From a virus (lineage: Duplodnaviria; Heunggongvirae; Uroviricota; Caudoviricetes), in IMG/VR virus record IMGVR_UViG_3300047476_000806: DNA of 64,000 nt; one strand, given 5' to 3'. How positions within the stretch are numbered: position 1 is the stretch's first letter; each line of letters begins with the position of its first letter. The notes beneath the pieces were generated by a model, which saw only the letters and a list, made by a program, of their open reading frames with translations, was not told where the DNA came from and made no database searches. The translations under genes were made by a program, and so were the position numbers. Below are positions 38,887-47,396 of the stretch, in pieces.

Positions 38887-39051
38887 CTAATTTAATTCTA
38901 TTTCATCAAGATAAGTTGGGTCTTGGAATATTCGTTTGAAATGGTCTTGAACGTTCTCAGGTAAATCTATCAAATCAACTTGGATATCACTACCGTCGGC
39001 TTCGTAACCGTAGTCCCACATTCTTGCGTGTTGTTTTTGTTTTGTTGTCAT
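38887..39051 (-). CDS. hypothetical small protein (54 aa), below the ORF-track cutoff
   Basis: Translation is MTTKQKQHARMWDYGYEADGSDIQVDLIDLPENVQ... Its ATG is 2 nt after the upstream gene's stop. Confidence 0.3.
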   Translation of the reverse strand: MTTKQKQHARMWDYGYEADGSDIQVDLIDLPENVQDHFKRIFQDPTYLDEIELN

Positions 39052-39053
39052 AA

Positions 39054-39353
39054 TTACATAGCTCTTTCATTCCATTTTTGTGCTATTTTATAATTTTCTT
39101 GTGATATAATTTCACGACATATTGCTCTTAACCTCATCACTTCACAATATAAATCGGTCACTAAACGATTAATCTCAAGATTATCATCTTTTAATTCATC
39201 ATGGATTATTTTATAATAAATTCCCTCTAGGTTCGCATTTGTTATTTTTGCTAAAGCAGAAGAGGGATATTTTTCCGCTCTCTTTAACTTATAGAGTGCT
39301 GATTCTCTATCTCGTTGAGTTGCATAATCAATATCTGAAACTTCTTCAATCAT
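39054..39353 (-). CDS. hypothetical protein (99 aa)
   Basis: ORF. Confidence 0.3.
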   Translation of the reverse strand: MIEEVSDIDYATQRDRESALYKLKRAEKYPSSALAKITNANLEGIYYKIIHDELKDDNLEINRLVTDLYCEVMRLRAICREIISQENYKIAQKWNERAM

Positions 39354-39364
39354 AATATATCTCC

Positions 39365-39793
39365 TTATGCGGCTTTATTAAACACCGCTTCACCGTTTGA
39401 AAAATGTCCGACTTTATTCAAGCGAACTCCGAATGCATCATTTACAATCTGATTTAGTTTTGCTTCGATTTTGTTTGCGAATGCAACACCGAAGGCATAG
39501 TGTTCGTCTTCTTTAGGCACTACCCACACTGATACTAGACCGCAGTATTCTGATAGACCTATGTACACGAGTTGGTTTTCTAAGATGGCATGGTCTTCTC
39601 GACCTAACCACTCATCACATAAACTTAGTGAAGGGAATGCTTCGATTGAAGCGTCTTTTAGATAATCTACGGCGAAATCAAAATTATCTTGAGTTGCGTA
39701 TTCACAAAAGTTACCGTCATCGTCATAGATATTATCTGCATGACTATAGATAACTACTTCAGAACCGTTTGCGTAGCTTACTGAGCGTCCCAT
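39365..39793 (-). CDS. hypothetical protein (142 aa)
   Basis: ORF. Confidence 0.35.
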   Translation of the reverse strand: MGRSVSYANGSEVVIYSHADNIYDDDGNFCEYATQDNFDFAVDYLKDASIEAFPSLSLCDEWLGREDHAILENQLVYIGLSEYCGLVSVWVVPKEDEHYAFGVAFANKIEAKLNQIVNDAFGVRLNKVGHFSNGEAVFNKAA

Positions 39794-39903
39794 TATAGAA
39801 CCTCCTCAATACCTAATACTACGTTGTTTTGAGCGAAATATGCATTAGCATATTCGATTGCGGCATTCAAAGAATTGAAAACTACTTCATTACAAATAAA
39901 CAT
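39793..39903 (-). CDS. hypothetical small protein (36 aa)
   Basis: Translation is MFICNEVVFNSLNAAIEYANAYFAQNNVVLGIEEVL. Its stop overlaps the next ATG (TAATG). Confidence 0.25.
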   Translation of the reverse strand: MFICNEVVFNSLNAAIEYANAYFAQNNVVLGIEEVL

Positions 39904-39938
39904 CTCATTCCTTTCAATAATTAATCACTACAGGATTA

Positions 39939-39966
39939 AGTATACACGAAAGGAACTTAATGTCAA
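39939..39966 (-). promoter_or_regulatory. sigma70-type early promoter, repeated family
   Basis: Reverse complement is TTGACAttaagttcctttcgtgTATACTtaatcctgtagtgattaat. Confidence 0.5.
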
Positions 39967-39974
39967 CAACTATT

Positions 39975-40811
39975 TTATGTCCAAAGAGAATCTCTTACTT
40001 TAATTAAACGAATCATCATTTCTTCGTCTTCTTTTGCATAATCGTCTTCCATCTTATGCATTTCTTTGAGCATCTTAGATACTTCTTTTTGCTCTTCTTT
40101 TGTTTTCTTACCAGAGAATACCCAATTATCAGGTTCGGCTTCACGTTTACGTTCACAGTACGCAGTCCATCCACATACATCATAAACATCAGGTCGTTTC
40201 TTGTAGACTTCTTTCCACCAACGATATAGTGCTAAGATTTCTTTAGCATTAATCGCTTGTGCTGTCGATTCACCATAATGTTTTTGTCCTGGTTCGATAC
40301 CCATATGTTCATCGTATTTTAAACTTGATGCCCATTCAAGGTGCGCTACACCAGCTTCAGCATTTCTCCATTGCATGAACCAACGAGTATACCATTGTTT
40401 TCTCCACCAAGGAAGATTGTATTGTTCTCTAGACTCATCAGAAAAACATACATGCATCCATGCAGATTCGATTTCTACGAAGTCAACTAATTCATTAAAC
40501 ATGCAAGGTAAGAATCGACTACCAACATCACACCATTGTCCTGGTTTAATATCATCTTTATGTGCAGTCAAACTATTTGAACGAATCATATATCGATTGT
40601 TTAGATAATAACGAATATCATTTATACGCTCAGGAATGTATTTAACGATATCTTCTGTTTTACCTAATACGTTCTCGGCAAGCCAATATCTGATTTTACT
40701 CTTCTTAGCTTGCTTTGTCCATTCATTCCATTCTTCAGACGATTTAGCACCGCCTGTTGGAGTACCTCTAATCCAATCTGCAACTTTACCACAAGTCCAA
40801 TAATTTCTCAT
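39975..40811 (-). CDS. hypothetical Trp-rich protein (278 aa)
   Basis: The real start is ATG at 40811 (MRNYWTCGKV...) with an AGGAAA RBS. The ORF-track start is a TTG further upstream. Confidence 0.4.
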   Translation of the reverse strand: MRNYWTCGKVADWIRGTPTGGAKSSEEWNEWTKQAKKSKIRYWLAENVLGKTEDIVKYIPERINDIRYYLNNRYMIRSNSLTAHKDDIKPGQWCDVGSRFLPCMFNELVDFVEIESAWMHVCFSDESREQYNLPWWRKQWYTRWFMQWRNAEAGVAHLEWASSLKYDEHMGIEPGQKHYGESTAQAINAKEILALYRWWKEVYKKRPDVYDVCGWTAYCERKREAEPDNWVFSGKKTKEEQKEVSKMLKEMHKMEDDYAKEDEEMMIRLIKVRDSLWT

Positions 40812-40960
40812 GTTTTTCCTATAATGCCATCCAAATAAGAAGTATTGCGCCAAAAATTTGAACGATTTGTAATTCTAGTAAAATCATGTTTATCTCCTTT
40901 GTTGTATTTAACAAAGGTCACATGATTGAAACAAATATTTAATATTACTGTAACATTAAT

Positions 40961-41710
40961 CTATTCGTTGATATCTTCATACTTCATCTTAGCTAGAATA
41001 TAATCTTTAACTAAACTTGAACGAACGATGTCATCGGCTGTAAATTCAATTCTAGTGAATGCACCCATATGTTGAGCGATATCAAAGAATTTAAGAATAC
41101 CACTCATGTCATTCTTTTTCTTATTCAAATCAGTTTGTCTGTAGTCACCACACCAAATAATCTTTGAACGATAACCAACACGAGTCATTACAGTGTCAAT
41201 CTCTTCAAAGGTTAAGTTTTGCATTTCATCCACAATAATGATTGCATCATCAAAAGACATACCACGAATAAATGATGTACTGATAAACTGTACATGATGT
41301 TGTTCTTCTAATCTAGACCATGCATCTTTACGACCAAATAATGTTTCGCATATTTGAACATATGGTTGTTGATAGATTTCCATCTTTTCATTTACATCAC
41401 CAGGTAAGTGTCCGATTTCACGAGATTGAACTGCCGAACGAACAACAATAATCTTATCGAAAGGATTACCTTTATCAAGTACTTCTTCTAATGCTTTGTA
41501 CATAGCACAGAATGTTTTACCTGTACCTGCTACACCATGAAGTGCAATAAAGTAGTCACCAATCTTGTATGCATCAAAGAATTTCTTTTGATTATCTGTT
41601 AGTGGTTGAAATGTTTTCAAGTCGTCTATTCTAATTCTTAATGAATTATTAACAACTTTAAGTGGTACTTTTTCATCCATTTGGATTTGTGTATTAGCTT
41701 TTCTAGCCAT
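40961..41710 (-). CDS. phoH: PhoH-like ATPase
   Basis: Walker A LHGVAGTGKTF and the PhoH signature IIWCGDYRQTDL. Confidence 0.7.
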   Translation of the reverse strand: MARKANTQIQMDEKVPLKVVNNSLRIRIDDLKTFQPLTDNQKKFFDAYKIGDYFIALHGVAGTGKTFCAMYKALEEVLDKGNPFDKIIVVRSAVQSREIGHLPGDVNEKMEIYQQPYVQICETLFGRKDAWSRLEEQHHVQFISTSFIRGMSFDDAIIIVDEMQNLTFEEIDTVMTRVGYRSKIIWCGDYRQTDLNKKKNDMSGILKFFDIAQHMGAFTRIEFTADDIVRSSLVKDYILAKMKYEDINE

Positions 41711-42368
41711 TTAAGAGTTCCATGAGAGGGTTAATGTAATTATTTTTATATCTCACAAAGATTTGCGGCTTCTTAGATTCTTCAACCGCAATCGCAATAA
41801 CAATCTTGTCAATTGGTTCACCGACCAATTCTTCATACATCAAGGCATATGCTGTACCTTGCATGAAGTAATTCTGAATATTCTCTTCTAACTTTTGTTT
41901 TGTTGATGTCTTATAATCGATAACAGCAATCTCATCATCCCAATCTGCAATCAAGTCAGTACGACCTGCTACTTTTAGTTTGTCTGAATATAATGCTTGC
42001 TCAATAGAATATACTGTTCCTACATGTGCATCGATTTCTGGTCTTAATTGATTGAATAACTCTTTGATGTTTGGCATCATCATTTTAATTTTCATATCGC
42101 TTAGTTTGTTTGCGATATAATCTTCAAAGGCCAAATGAACGGCTGAACCTCTACGAGAGGCTCGACCCGCAACTTTATTAGCTTCTTCTTCACCAACAGC
42201 ATTACGCCATTCTTGAAGAGAATCTTTGTTGTATTTTGATAAAGCAGTAGTAATAGATTTATACACATTACCGTTTGGTGTTGTGTATGTTCTACCGCTT
42301 TCAGTTGTTACCGCTTCTAATTCAAAATCAAGTTGCGGTATCTTTACATGATTAAATGTTCTTACCAT
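41703..42368 (-). CDS. PD-(D/E)XK-family nuclease-like protein
   Basis: GRTDLI...AVIDYKTS resembles the D...(D/E)xK core. Translationally coupled to phoH. Confidence 0.4.
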   Translation of the reverse strand: MVRTFNHVKIPQLDFELEAVTTESGRTYTTPNGNVYKSITTALSKYNKDSLQEWRNAVGEEEANKVAGRASRRGSAVHLAFEDYIANKLSDMKIKMMMPNIKELFNQLRPEIDAHVGTVYSIEQALYSDKLKVAGRTDLIADWDDEIAVIDYKTSTKQKLEENIQNYFMQGTAYALMYEELVGEPIDKIVIAIAVEESKKPQIFVRYKNNYINPLMELLNG

Positions 42369-42610
42369 TCTCTAGGGGTACTATACTTTCTAGAAGGTGA
42401 CGCACCAGGATTTCTACGTTGAATACTATCAACCACATATTTCTGAAAGTCTGAAGGTGGTTTCTGACCGGGGTCAACAATAGGTGCAACAGTATCATGA
42501 TGTCTAATAATATTAGTATTATCTTTCATGTATTGTTCATACTCGGCAATTTTCATTACCTTTTCAAAGATTTCATTTGTATCTGTATTTTTAAGTACGT
42601 ATGTTGGCAT
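42362..42610 (-). CDS. hypothetical protein (82 aa)
   Basis: ORF. Confidence 0.3.
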   Translation of the reverse strand: MPTYVLKNTDTNEIFEKVMKIAEYEQYMKDNTNIIRHHDTVAPIVDPGQKPPSDFQKYVVDSIQRRNPGASPSRKYSTPREW

Positions 42611-42622
42611 AATGTTCCTTTA

Positions 42623-43189
42623 TCATATATTTTTATTTATAAAGAAAGGAACATCACGTTTCTTCCATGAAAACATTCTAGTCTTTTCACCGTTGTAATA
42701 ATTGTGATAAGACTGTACAGAATCACCAGACACTTTGTACTGGTCAGGCATTGCAGGTGTAGGTTCAGTGAATTCATCGATTGAGATGTTATCTGGACAA
42801 TTACCTAATACTGATAATAATCCAGACGATTCACACTTATGAACTTTACCGTAACGATATGTGTATTCTTTACACAATTCAATCATTAGTCTATACAACC
42901 ACTGATAATTAAATAAACTTTTTCGACACCATATCGCAGAAGGATGATTGATGTGTGTTGCTGAGTATAATGTTTTATCTTGTAATGCGTTAGATAAAAC
43001 TAATACTTTTTTCTTCTTAACTTGACCTGTAGTTTTATTAGTGAAATCTACAAGATGCTCAGTGCCGTCAAGAACACGATGAGCAGTAGACAATAGTTGA
43101 GCAGTCTCAAGAATCATTTTGACACAGTGCTTGTCTACATGATACTGAGCGGCTAATTTGGGGTCATTATCTAAGTAAAATATATTCAT
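42623..43189 (-). CDS. hypothetical protein (188 aa), weak DenV-like N-terminus
   Basis: MNIFYLDNDPKLAAQYHVDKH shows only faint resemblance to the T4 endonuclease V N-terminus. This is not a confident assignment. Confidence 0.35.
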   Translation of the reverse strand: MNIFYLDNDPKLAAQYHVDKHCVKMILETAQLLSTAHRVLDGTEHLVDFTNKTTGQVKKKKVLVLSNALQDKTLYSATHINHPSAIWCRKSLFNYQWLYRLMIELCKEYTYRYGKVHKCESSGLLSVLGNCPDNISIDEFTEPTPAMPDQYKVSGDSVQSYHNYYNGEKTRMFSWKKRDVPFFINKNI

Positions 43190-43380
43190 CTTTTATTTAA
43201 CAATCTACATTGCTGTTTAACTTGTTGAGGAAAGTCAGGACTAATCTCAGCTAGTCTACAGTCATATTGAATAGAAATCAAGTGATTATTATTCTTTGTA
43301 TCTAAAAGTCCATATATGCATATGATGCTTATTAGTAACATAATAATAAAGAATATAAGGTCTGGTACATTCATTCGCAT
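43186..43380 (-). CDS. hypothetical membrane protein (64 aa)
   Basis: One TM helix (LIFFIIMLLISIICIYGLL). Confidence 0.3.
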   Translation of the reverse strand: MRMNVPDLIFFIIMLLISIICIYGLLDTKNNNHLISIQYDCRLAEISPDFPQQVKQQCRLLNKR

Positions 43381-43381
43381 A

Positions 43382-43480
43382 TTATTCCCAACCGAATAGG
43401 TTAGCTAATAACTCACCGACAAGTAGAAGACCTACGAAAAGAATCAAACCGGCAACAGCATAAATGGCGTTCAACATCAT
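43382..43480 (-). CDS. small hydrophobic membrane peptide (32 aa)
   Basis: Translation is MMLNAIYAVAGLILFVGLLLVGELLANLFGWE. GAGGT RBS. Directly downstream of a promoter copy. Confidence 0.35.
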   Translation of the reverse strand: MMLNAIYAVAGLILFVGLLLVGELLANLFGWE

Positions 43481-43513
43481 GATTAATACCTCATAGTTAA
43501 TTAGTACACTATT

Positions 43514-43541
43514 AGTATACATGAATTAATTAATATGTCAA
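43514..43541 (-). promoter_or_regulatory. sigma70-type early promoter, repeated family
   Basis: Reverse complement is TTGACAtattaattaattcatgTATACTaatagtgtactaattaactatgaggt. Confidence 0.55.
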
Positions 43542-43915
43542 TAGTTTCTTATGATATCTATTAAATTCATTAATTCTTGCTCAGACATAACAATAACTTT
43601 AGCTTTAACTCTAGTTAAGGGTAATGGTTCATTAATTTTTATCTGAGTATATGTTGCTTTTTGTTTGATAGCTAAAGCGATTCTATTAGCTAAATCAGAT
43701 TTAACATGCTCCTTAAAGCCTTCTTCATTAATTTGAACAGCATGATTAAGGTCAGCAATTTCTACATGTGCCTGAAACAAACAACCAGAATCTTCAATAA
43801 TTCTCTTCTTTTGAAATTCAGATAAGTTTCTAGATGTAGAAGAGACTACAGCATATGAATCCATGTAGTCTTGATATTTTCCTGCTGTAGGAGGGTTCAT
43901 TATAGAAGAAATCAT
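43538..43915 (-). CDS. hypothetical protein (125 aa)
   Basis: ORF. Confidence 0.35.
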   Translation of the reverse strand: MISSIMNPPTAGKYQDYMDSYAVVSSTSRNLSEFQKKRIIEDSGCLFQAHVEIADLNHAVQINEEGFKEHVKSDLANRIALAIKQKATYTQIKINEPLPLTRVKAKVIVMSEQELMNLIDIIRNY

Positions 43916-44115
43916 TTTATTCCTAATAGATTCTTAACAATTTTCTCTTGAATCATGAATGGAATACTTACATAAGGATATTCGATAGCAAAAGGACATC
44001 CTTCTGCACCCCAACCACCCTTTACTAGAAACTTTTTATATATTGCTAAGTCTTTTTTGTCAGCAACATTAAAGTTACGTTTTGACTTTTGTTTAAGAAT
44101 AAATGTATGTGTCAT
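43912..44115 (-). CDS. hypothetical protein (67 aa)
   Basis: The real start is ATG at 44115 (MTHTFILKQ...) with a GAGGAG RBS. Confidence 0.3.
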   Translation of the reverse strand: MTHTFILKQKSKRNFNVADKKDLAIYKKFLVKGGWGAEGCPFAIEYPYVSIPFMIQEKIVKNLLGIK

Positions 44116-44299
44116 AATATAATACTCCTCAATATTTAATAAAAGAAATACTCTGGTGTGAAGATTCATTCGTAACAACGCAGTATTACATGGGGTATAC
44201 TACGGATTCTCTGAATGTTAACTACTAAGTAGCATCTTCACTCTTTCCCGCATCCAGACACACGAGTAGAAAGGAGAGAATCAACGAAATCAATCTAAT

Positions 44300-44326
44300 A
44301 TTATAATCTTTTATTTTGTTTGTCAA
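44300..44326 (-). promoter_or_regulatory. sigma70-type early promoter (TTGACA-N15-TATAAT)
   Basis: Reverse complement is gTTGACAaacaaaataaaagatTATAAT. Confidence 0.5.
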
Positions 44327-44331
44327 CCACT

Positions 44332-45090
44332 TTATACAATAACTATAGATACGCCATCACTGTTTGAGATAACTTCTTGTTTTTTATGCCAAGGAAAGTC
44401 GTCATTATAAACATTCTTCATGATTTTATTACCTTTTTCGAAGAAAGATTTCTGAACAGAACCCTCATTACCACCTAATCTATAGTTAACAGTATGTTGA
44501 TTTGTACAAGTAAAGTTTGGAAAGTATTGTTTGATAGCACCGAAGAATTTTCTATCGGCACCCCATTGACCATACCAAGCATGTCCTATTTGAATTGCTA
44601 CATCTTTTCTTACAGCAAAACATGAAGTGTCTATATGATAAACATTCTCATCAAAGAACGTAGGCCATTTACCAAGTGATTCACAGTTATCTAAACAAAC
44701 GAATTCACCATCTTCATCATATATGTTTCTAAGAGAAAACACCCATTGATTTGTAGAATTCTCTAGCGTGTCAACAATAGTTTGAACATGTGTTGGTTCA
44801 ATCCAGTTATCTTCGTCAAGATATACAATCACATCAGCATTTACTAAGAACGAACAAGCGGCATATACTCGATGACCATACCAACCTTTACCAACATTCT
44901 CTTCTAGAGCAATTAGTTTTGTTTTTGTATATTCATCTTTATCAGTAACTTCTTGAATGCTATCAAAGTATTGCATACCATCAGCAAAGATATAATGAAC
45001 AATATCAGTATATGTTTGATTGTTTACGCTCGCAACACATTTTTCTAGATGTTTGCTACCAATAGAAGGAGTGACTACCGCTACTTTCAT
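44332..45090 (-). CDS. family-2 glycosyltransferase (GT-A fold)
   Basis: MKVAVVTPSIG at the N-terminus. The DxD-type motif is VIVYLDEDNW. Confidence 0.55.
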   Translation of the reverse strand: MKVAVVTPSIGSKHLEKCVASVNNQTYTDIVHYIFADGMQYFDSIQEVTDKDEYTKTKLIALEENVGKGWYGHRVYAACSFLVNADVIVYLDEDNWIEPTHVQTIVDTLENSTNQWVFSLRNIYDEDGEFVCLDNCESLGKWPTFFDENVYHIDTSCFAVRKDVAIQIGHAWYGQWGADRKFFGAIKQYFPNFTCTNQHTVNYRLGGNEGSVQKSFFEKGNKIMKNVYNDDFPWHKKQEVISNSDGVSIVIV

Positions 45091-45851
45091 TCTTTTCTCT
45101 CAATATCACTTTCAACGCATTCTTCACCGTATTGAATTTCAATAATTCTACATGGTTCATCAAAAGGATTAATTAGTTGATGCCATTGTTCTTTTGCTAC
45201 AAAATGAGAATCGTGTTTATCTAATCTCACTGTTGGTAACTTATATTCACCACTAAGTTGCCCTGATACTAATGATTCACCTTCACTGACTAACCAATAC
45301 TCTGAACGTTTATTATGCTTTTGCATCGATAATTTCTGACCAGGATTAATAGTCAACTCTTTAACTTTAACGCCAGGTGCTTCATGAAGTACTCGATAGT
45401 AACCCCATGGCCTGATAGTTTTTGGTGCTTTCCATTCTTCAAGAATCCATGATGATGAATTCATCTTGTTATCACCACCGATACCAAACTTGAATATTAG
45501 ATTATCATCTTTAACATCCATTTCAGGAATATTAGCTGAAGTTCTATCGCCACCATTTGCAAAGATGATTTGATTTGTTGGAAATAGTTTTCTGACTTGT
45601 GTAATAGCATCTTTTGCTGAACCATCAGAATCATCAAACTCAACAACACCCATGACATTTTTTAAACTAGAGACAATCTTTTTTCGCTCAGTATAAGGCA
45701 TAAAAAAAGCACCCTTCTTGCGAATAAGCCATGCATCGGAGTTTACTCCAACCATAACTCTTCCCAATTCGGATGCTTCTTTAATATATTCAAGATGTCC
45801 GGAATGGATTGGGTCAAATCCACCCGTTACAATAACAATTGAATCACTCAT
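45087..45851 (-). CDS. sugar-phosphate cytidylyl/nucleotidyltransferase fused to a cupin-type isomerase domain
   Basis: N-terminal VIVTGGFDPIHSGH is the (H/T)xGH nucleotidyltransferase motif. The C-terminal cupin resembles PMI type II (RPWGYYRVL...INPGQKLSMQKH). Confidence 0.5.
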   Translation of the reverse strand: MSDSIVIVTGGFDPIHSGHLEYIKEASELGRVMVGVNSDAWLIRKKGAFFMPYTERKKIVSSLKNVMGVVEFDDSDGSAKDAITQVRKLFPTNQIIFANGGDRTSANIPEMDVKDDNLIFKFGIGGDNKMNSSSWILEEWKAPKTIRPWGYYRVLHEAPGVKVKELTINPGQKLSMQKHNKRSEYWLVSEGESLVSGQLSGEYKLPTVRLDKHDSHFVAKEQWHQLINPFDEPCRIIEIQYGEECVESDIERKE

Positions 45852-45853
45852 TA

Positions 45854-46303
45854 TTAATCTTCCAAGTCACCGATATAAATCTCTGGAAATGCCTCGTGTA
45901 CTAATTTAGGTGTTAAACCTTTAACTTTAATCTTCTTAGTCAGCAATTCAACTAATAGTTTAGCTTCATCTTTATGTAAAGACTCAAGTACTACTAATAA
46001 CAATTCTGATTTCTTTTTGTCTGATAGATTTTCAGGACGTTTAGGATGACCTACAACGAATCGATATAATCTTTGCATCTCAGCATCTAGATATGTCATC
46101 GATAAACCAGGTGGGTCAAACGAAGGACGATAATCAGGAATAATAACGTCGAATTGAATATTTGGATTAAATGCTCCACTTAAAAATTCAACGAATGGTT
46201 TGTTTGCGACTTTTTGTAAGTACGCAATTTTCTCCGCACGTGACGGAAGTGATTCAAACTTATCAAAAATTTCACTATATAATAACTCAGAACTCATTTG
46301 CAA
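45854..46303 (-). CDS. hypothetical protein (149 aa)
   Basis: ORF. Confidence 0.35.
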   Translation of the reverse strand: MQMSSELLYSEIFDKFESLPSRAEKIAYLQKVANKPFVEFLSGAFNPNIQFDVIIPDYRPSFDPPGLSMTYLDAEMQRLYRFVVGHPKRPENLSDKKKSELLLVVLESLHKDEAKLLVELLTKKIKVKGLTPKLVHEAFPEIYIGDLED

Positions 46304-47135
46304 CCTCTATTAAGTTTTTAAGACGATTTGCAACTAAGTAATTTATAAATTGCATTTTAGTCTTTGGTTTAGTATTCTCATAACTATGTATAACACTTGT
46401 TCGAATATCTTCAGGTATTTTACTTAAATCAATCAAACTTTCATTACGTCTGTAGTTTTTAAGTATCTCTTCATTCTCACAAAACACTTCAGGACTCTGA
46501 TTCAACCAGACAGCAAGCTTTTCTTCGTAAATGGATTTCTGTCTAACTCCGTTTACATATGAATCATCGGCTGATAATATGTTTGGAATACCATCACCTT
46601 TATCACCACGAATAATTAATTCTTTAAGATGATTAAGTGGATTACTATCTTTAATTTCTTTTTTCAGAATAGGTGAATATTGCTCAACATTCTTCATCGC
46701 TTGAAGTTGAACAAAGTCTTTATCCGAAGAAAGAATCATAATCTTTTCATAGGGTGATTGTCTCACACATAAAGTAGCAATAATATCATCAGCTTCTACA
46801 GTATCAATTTCTAATACTTTATAATGAGAATACTTGATAAGTTCTTCTTTGATTACTTCTAAACACTTGAAAATTTCTTCCCAATTCAATCCAGAAGCCT
46901 GTCTAGTTTTCTTACGTGAAGCTTTGTAGTGTGGAAATAAAGTTTTGCGCCAATACTTTCTATTGTCACATGCAATAATAACCTCTGGTCCGTGAGTAGC
47001 TTTATACTTCTTAACATATGTTCTAAGTGTATTAAGTACTAAATGACGAGCCAAATCAATACTGATATCTTTATCACTTTCAGCTAACTCTTTTAAACTA
47101 GAGATAACTACTTGATTGAAATCAAATATAATCAT
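46287..47135 (-). CDS. rnh: RNase H / 5'-3' flap exonuclease (T4 rnh)
   Basis: DLARHLVLNTLRTYVKK, ILSSDKDFVQL and the C-terminal LIEVANEF match T4 RNase H (LSMVRHLILNSIKFNVKK, IISSDGDFTQL, INEF). Confidence 0.8.
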   Translation of the reverse strand: MIIFDFNQVVISSLKELAESDKDISIDLARHLVLNTLRTYVKKYKATHGPEVIIACDNRKYWRKTLFPHYKASRKKTRQASGLNWEEIFKCLEVIKEELIKYSHYKVLEIDTVEADDIIATLCVRQSPYEKIMILSSDKDFVQLQAMKNVEQYSPILKKEIKDSNPLNHLKELIIRGDKGDGIPNILSADDSYVNGVRQKSIYEEKLAVWLNQSPEVFCENEEILKNYRRNESLIDLSKIPEDIRTSVIHSYENTKPKTKMQFINYLVANRLKNLIEVANEF

Positions 47136-47386
47136 TATTCTTCCAATACAGCTACAATAAATTCTTCTTTAACGAACCAGTATTTACCTGCTCGTGCTGA
47201 TTTTGACCAATCAACAATCAATCTATCACCGACAGATACATGTTCTACATCAGGTCCAATAGAGATAACTCGACCTTCAGTCTGAGCATCTTTATCCACT
47301 GAAGTCAACACGATACCGCTTGATGTTGTTGACTCTTTAGCAATTTGTTCTACTAATACGTTATTCTTTAATGGTCTAATATTCAT
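47135..47386 (-). CDS. groES: co-chaperonin GroES homolog (Hsp10), gp31 function
   Basis: MNIRPLKNNVLVEQIAKESTTSSGIVLTSVDKDAQTEGRVISIGPDVEHVSVGDRLI is collinear with bacterial GroES (MNIRPLHDRVIVKR...SAGGIVLTGSAA...GEVLAVG). GAGGA RBS. Confidence 0.65.
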   Translation of the reverse strand: MNIRPLKNNVLVEQIAKESTTSSGIVLTSVDKDAQTEGRVISIGPDVEHVSVGDRLIVDWSKSARAGKYWFVKEEFIVAVLEE

Positions 47387-47396
47387 TATTTCATCC

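Noticed and set aside
42623-43189. DenV-like pyrimidine-dimer glycosylase assignment for the 188-aa protein
   Set aside because: The resemblance is limited to a short N-terminal pattern (L-A-x-Q-x-H). The length and the rest of the sequence do not match, so it is left as hypothetical.
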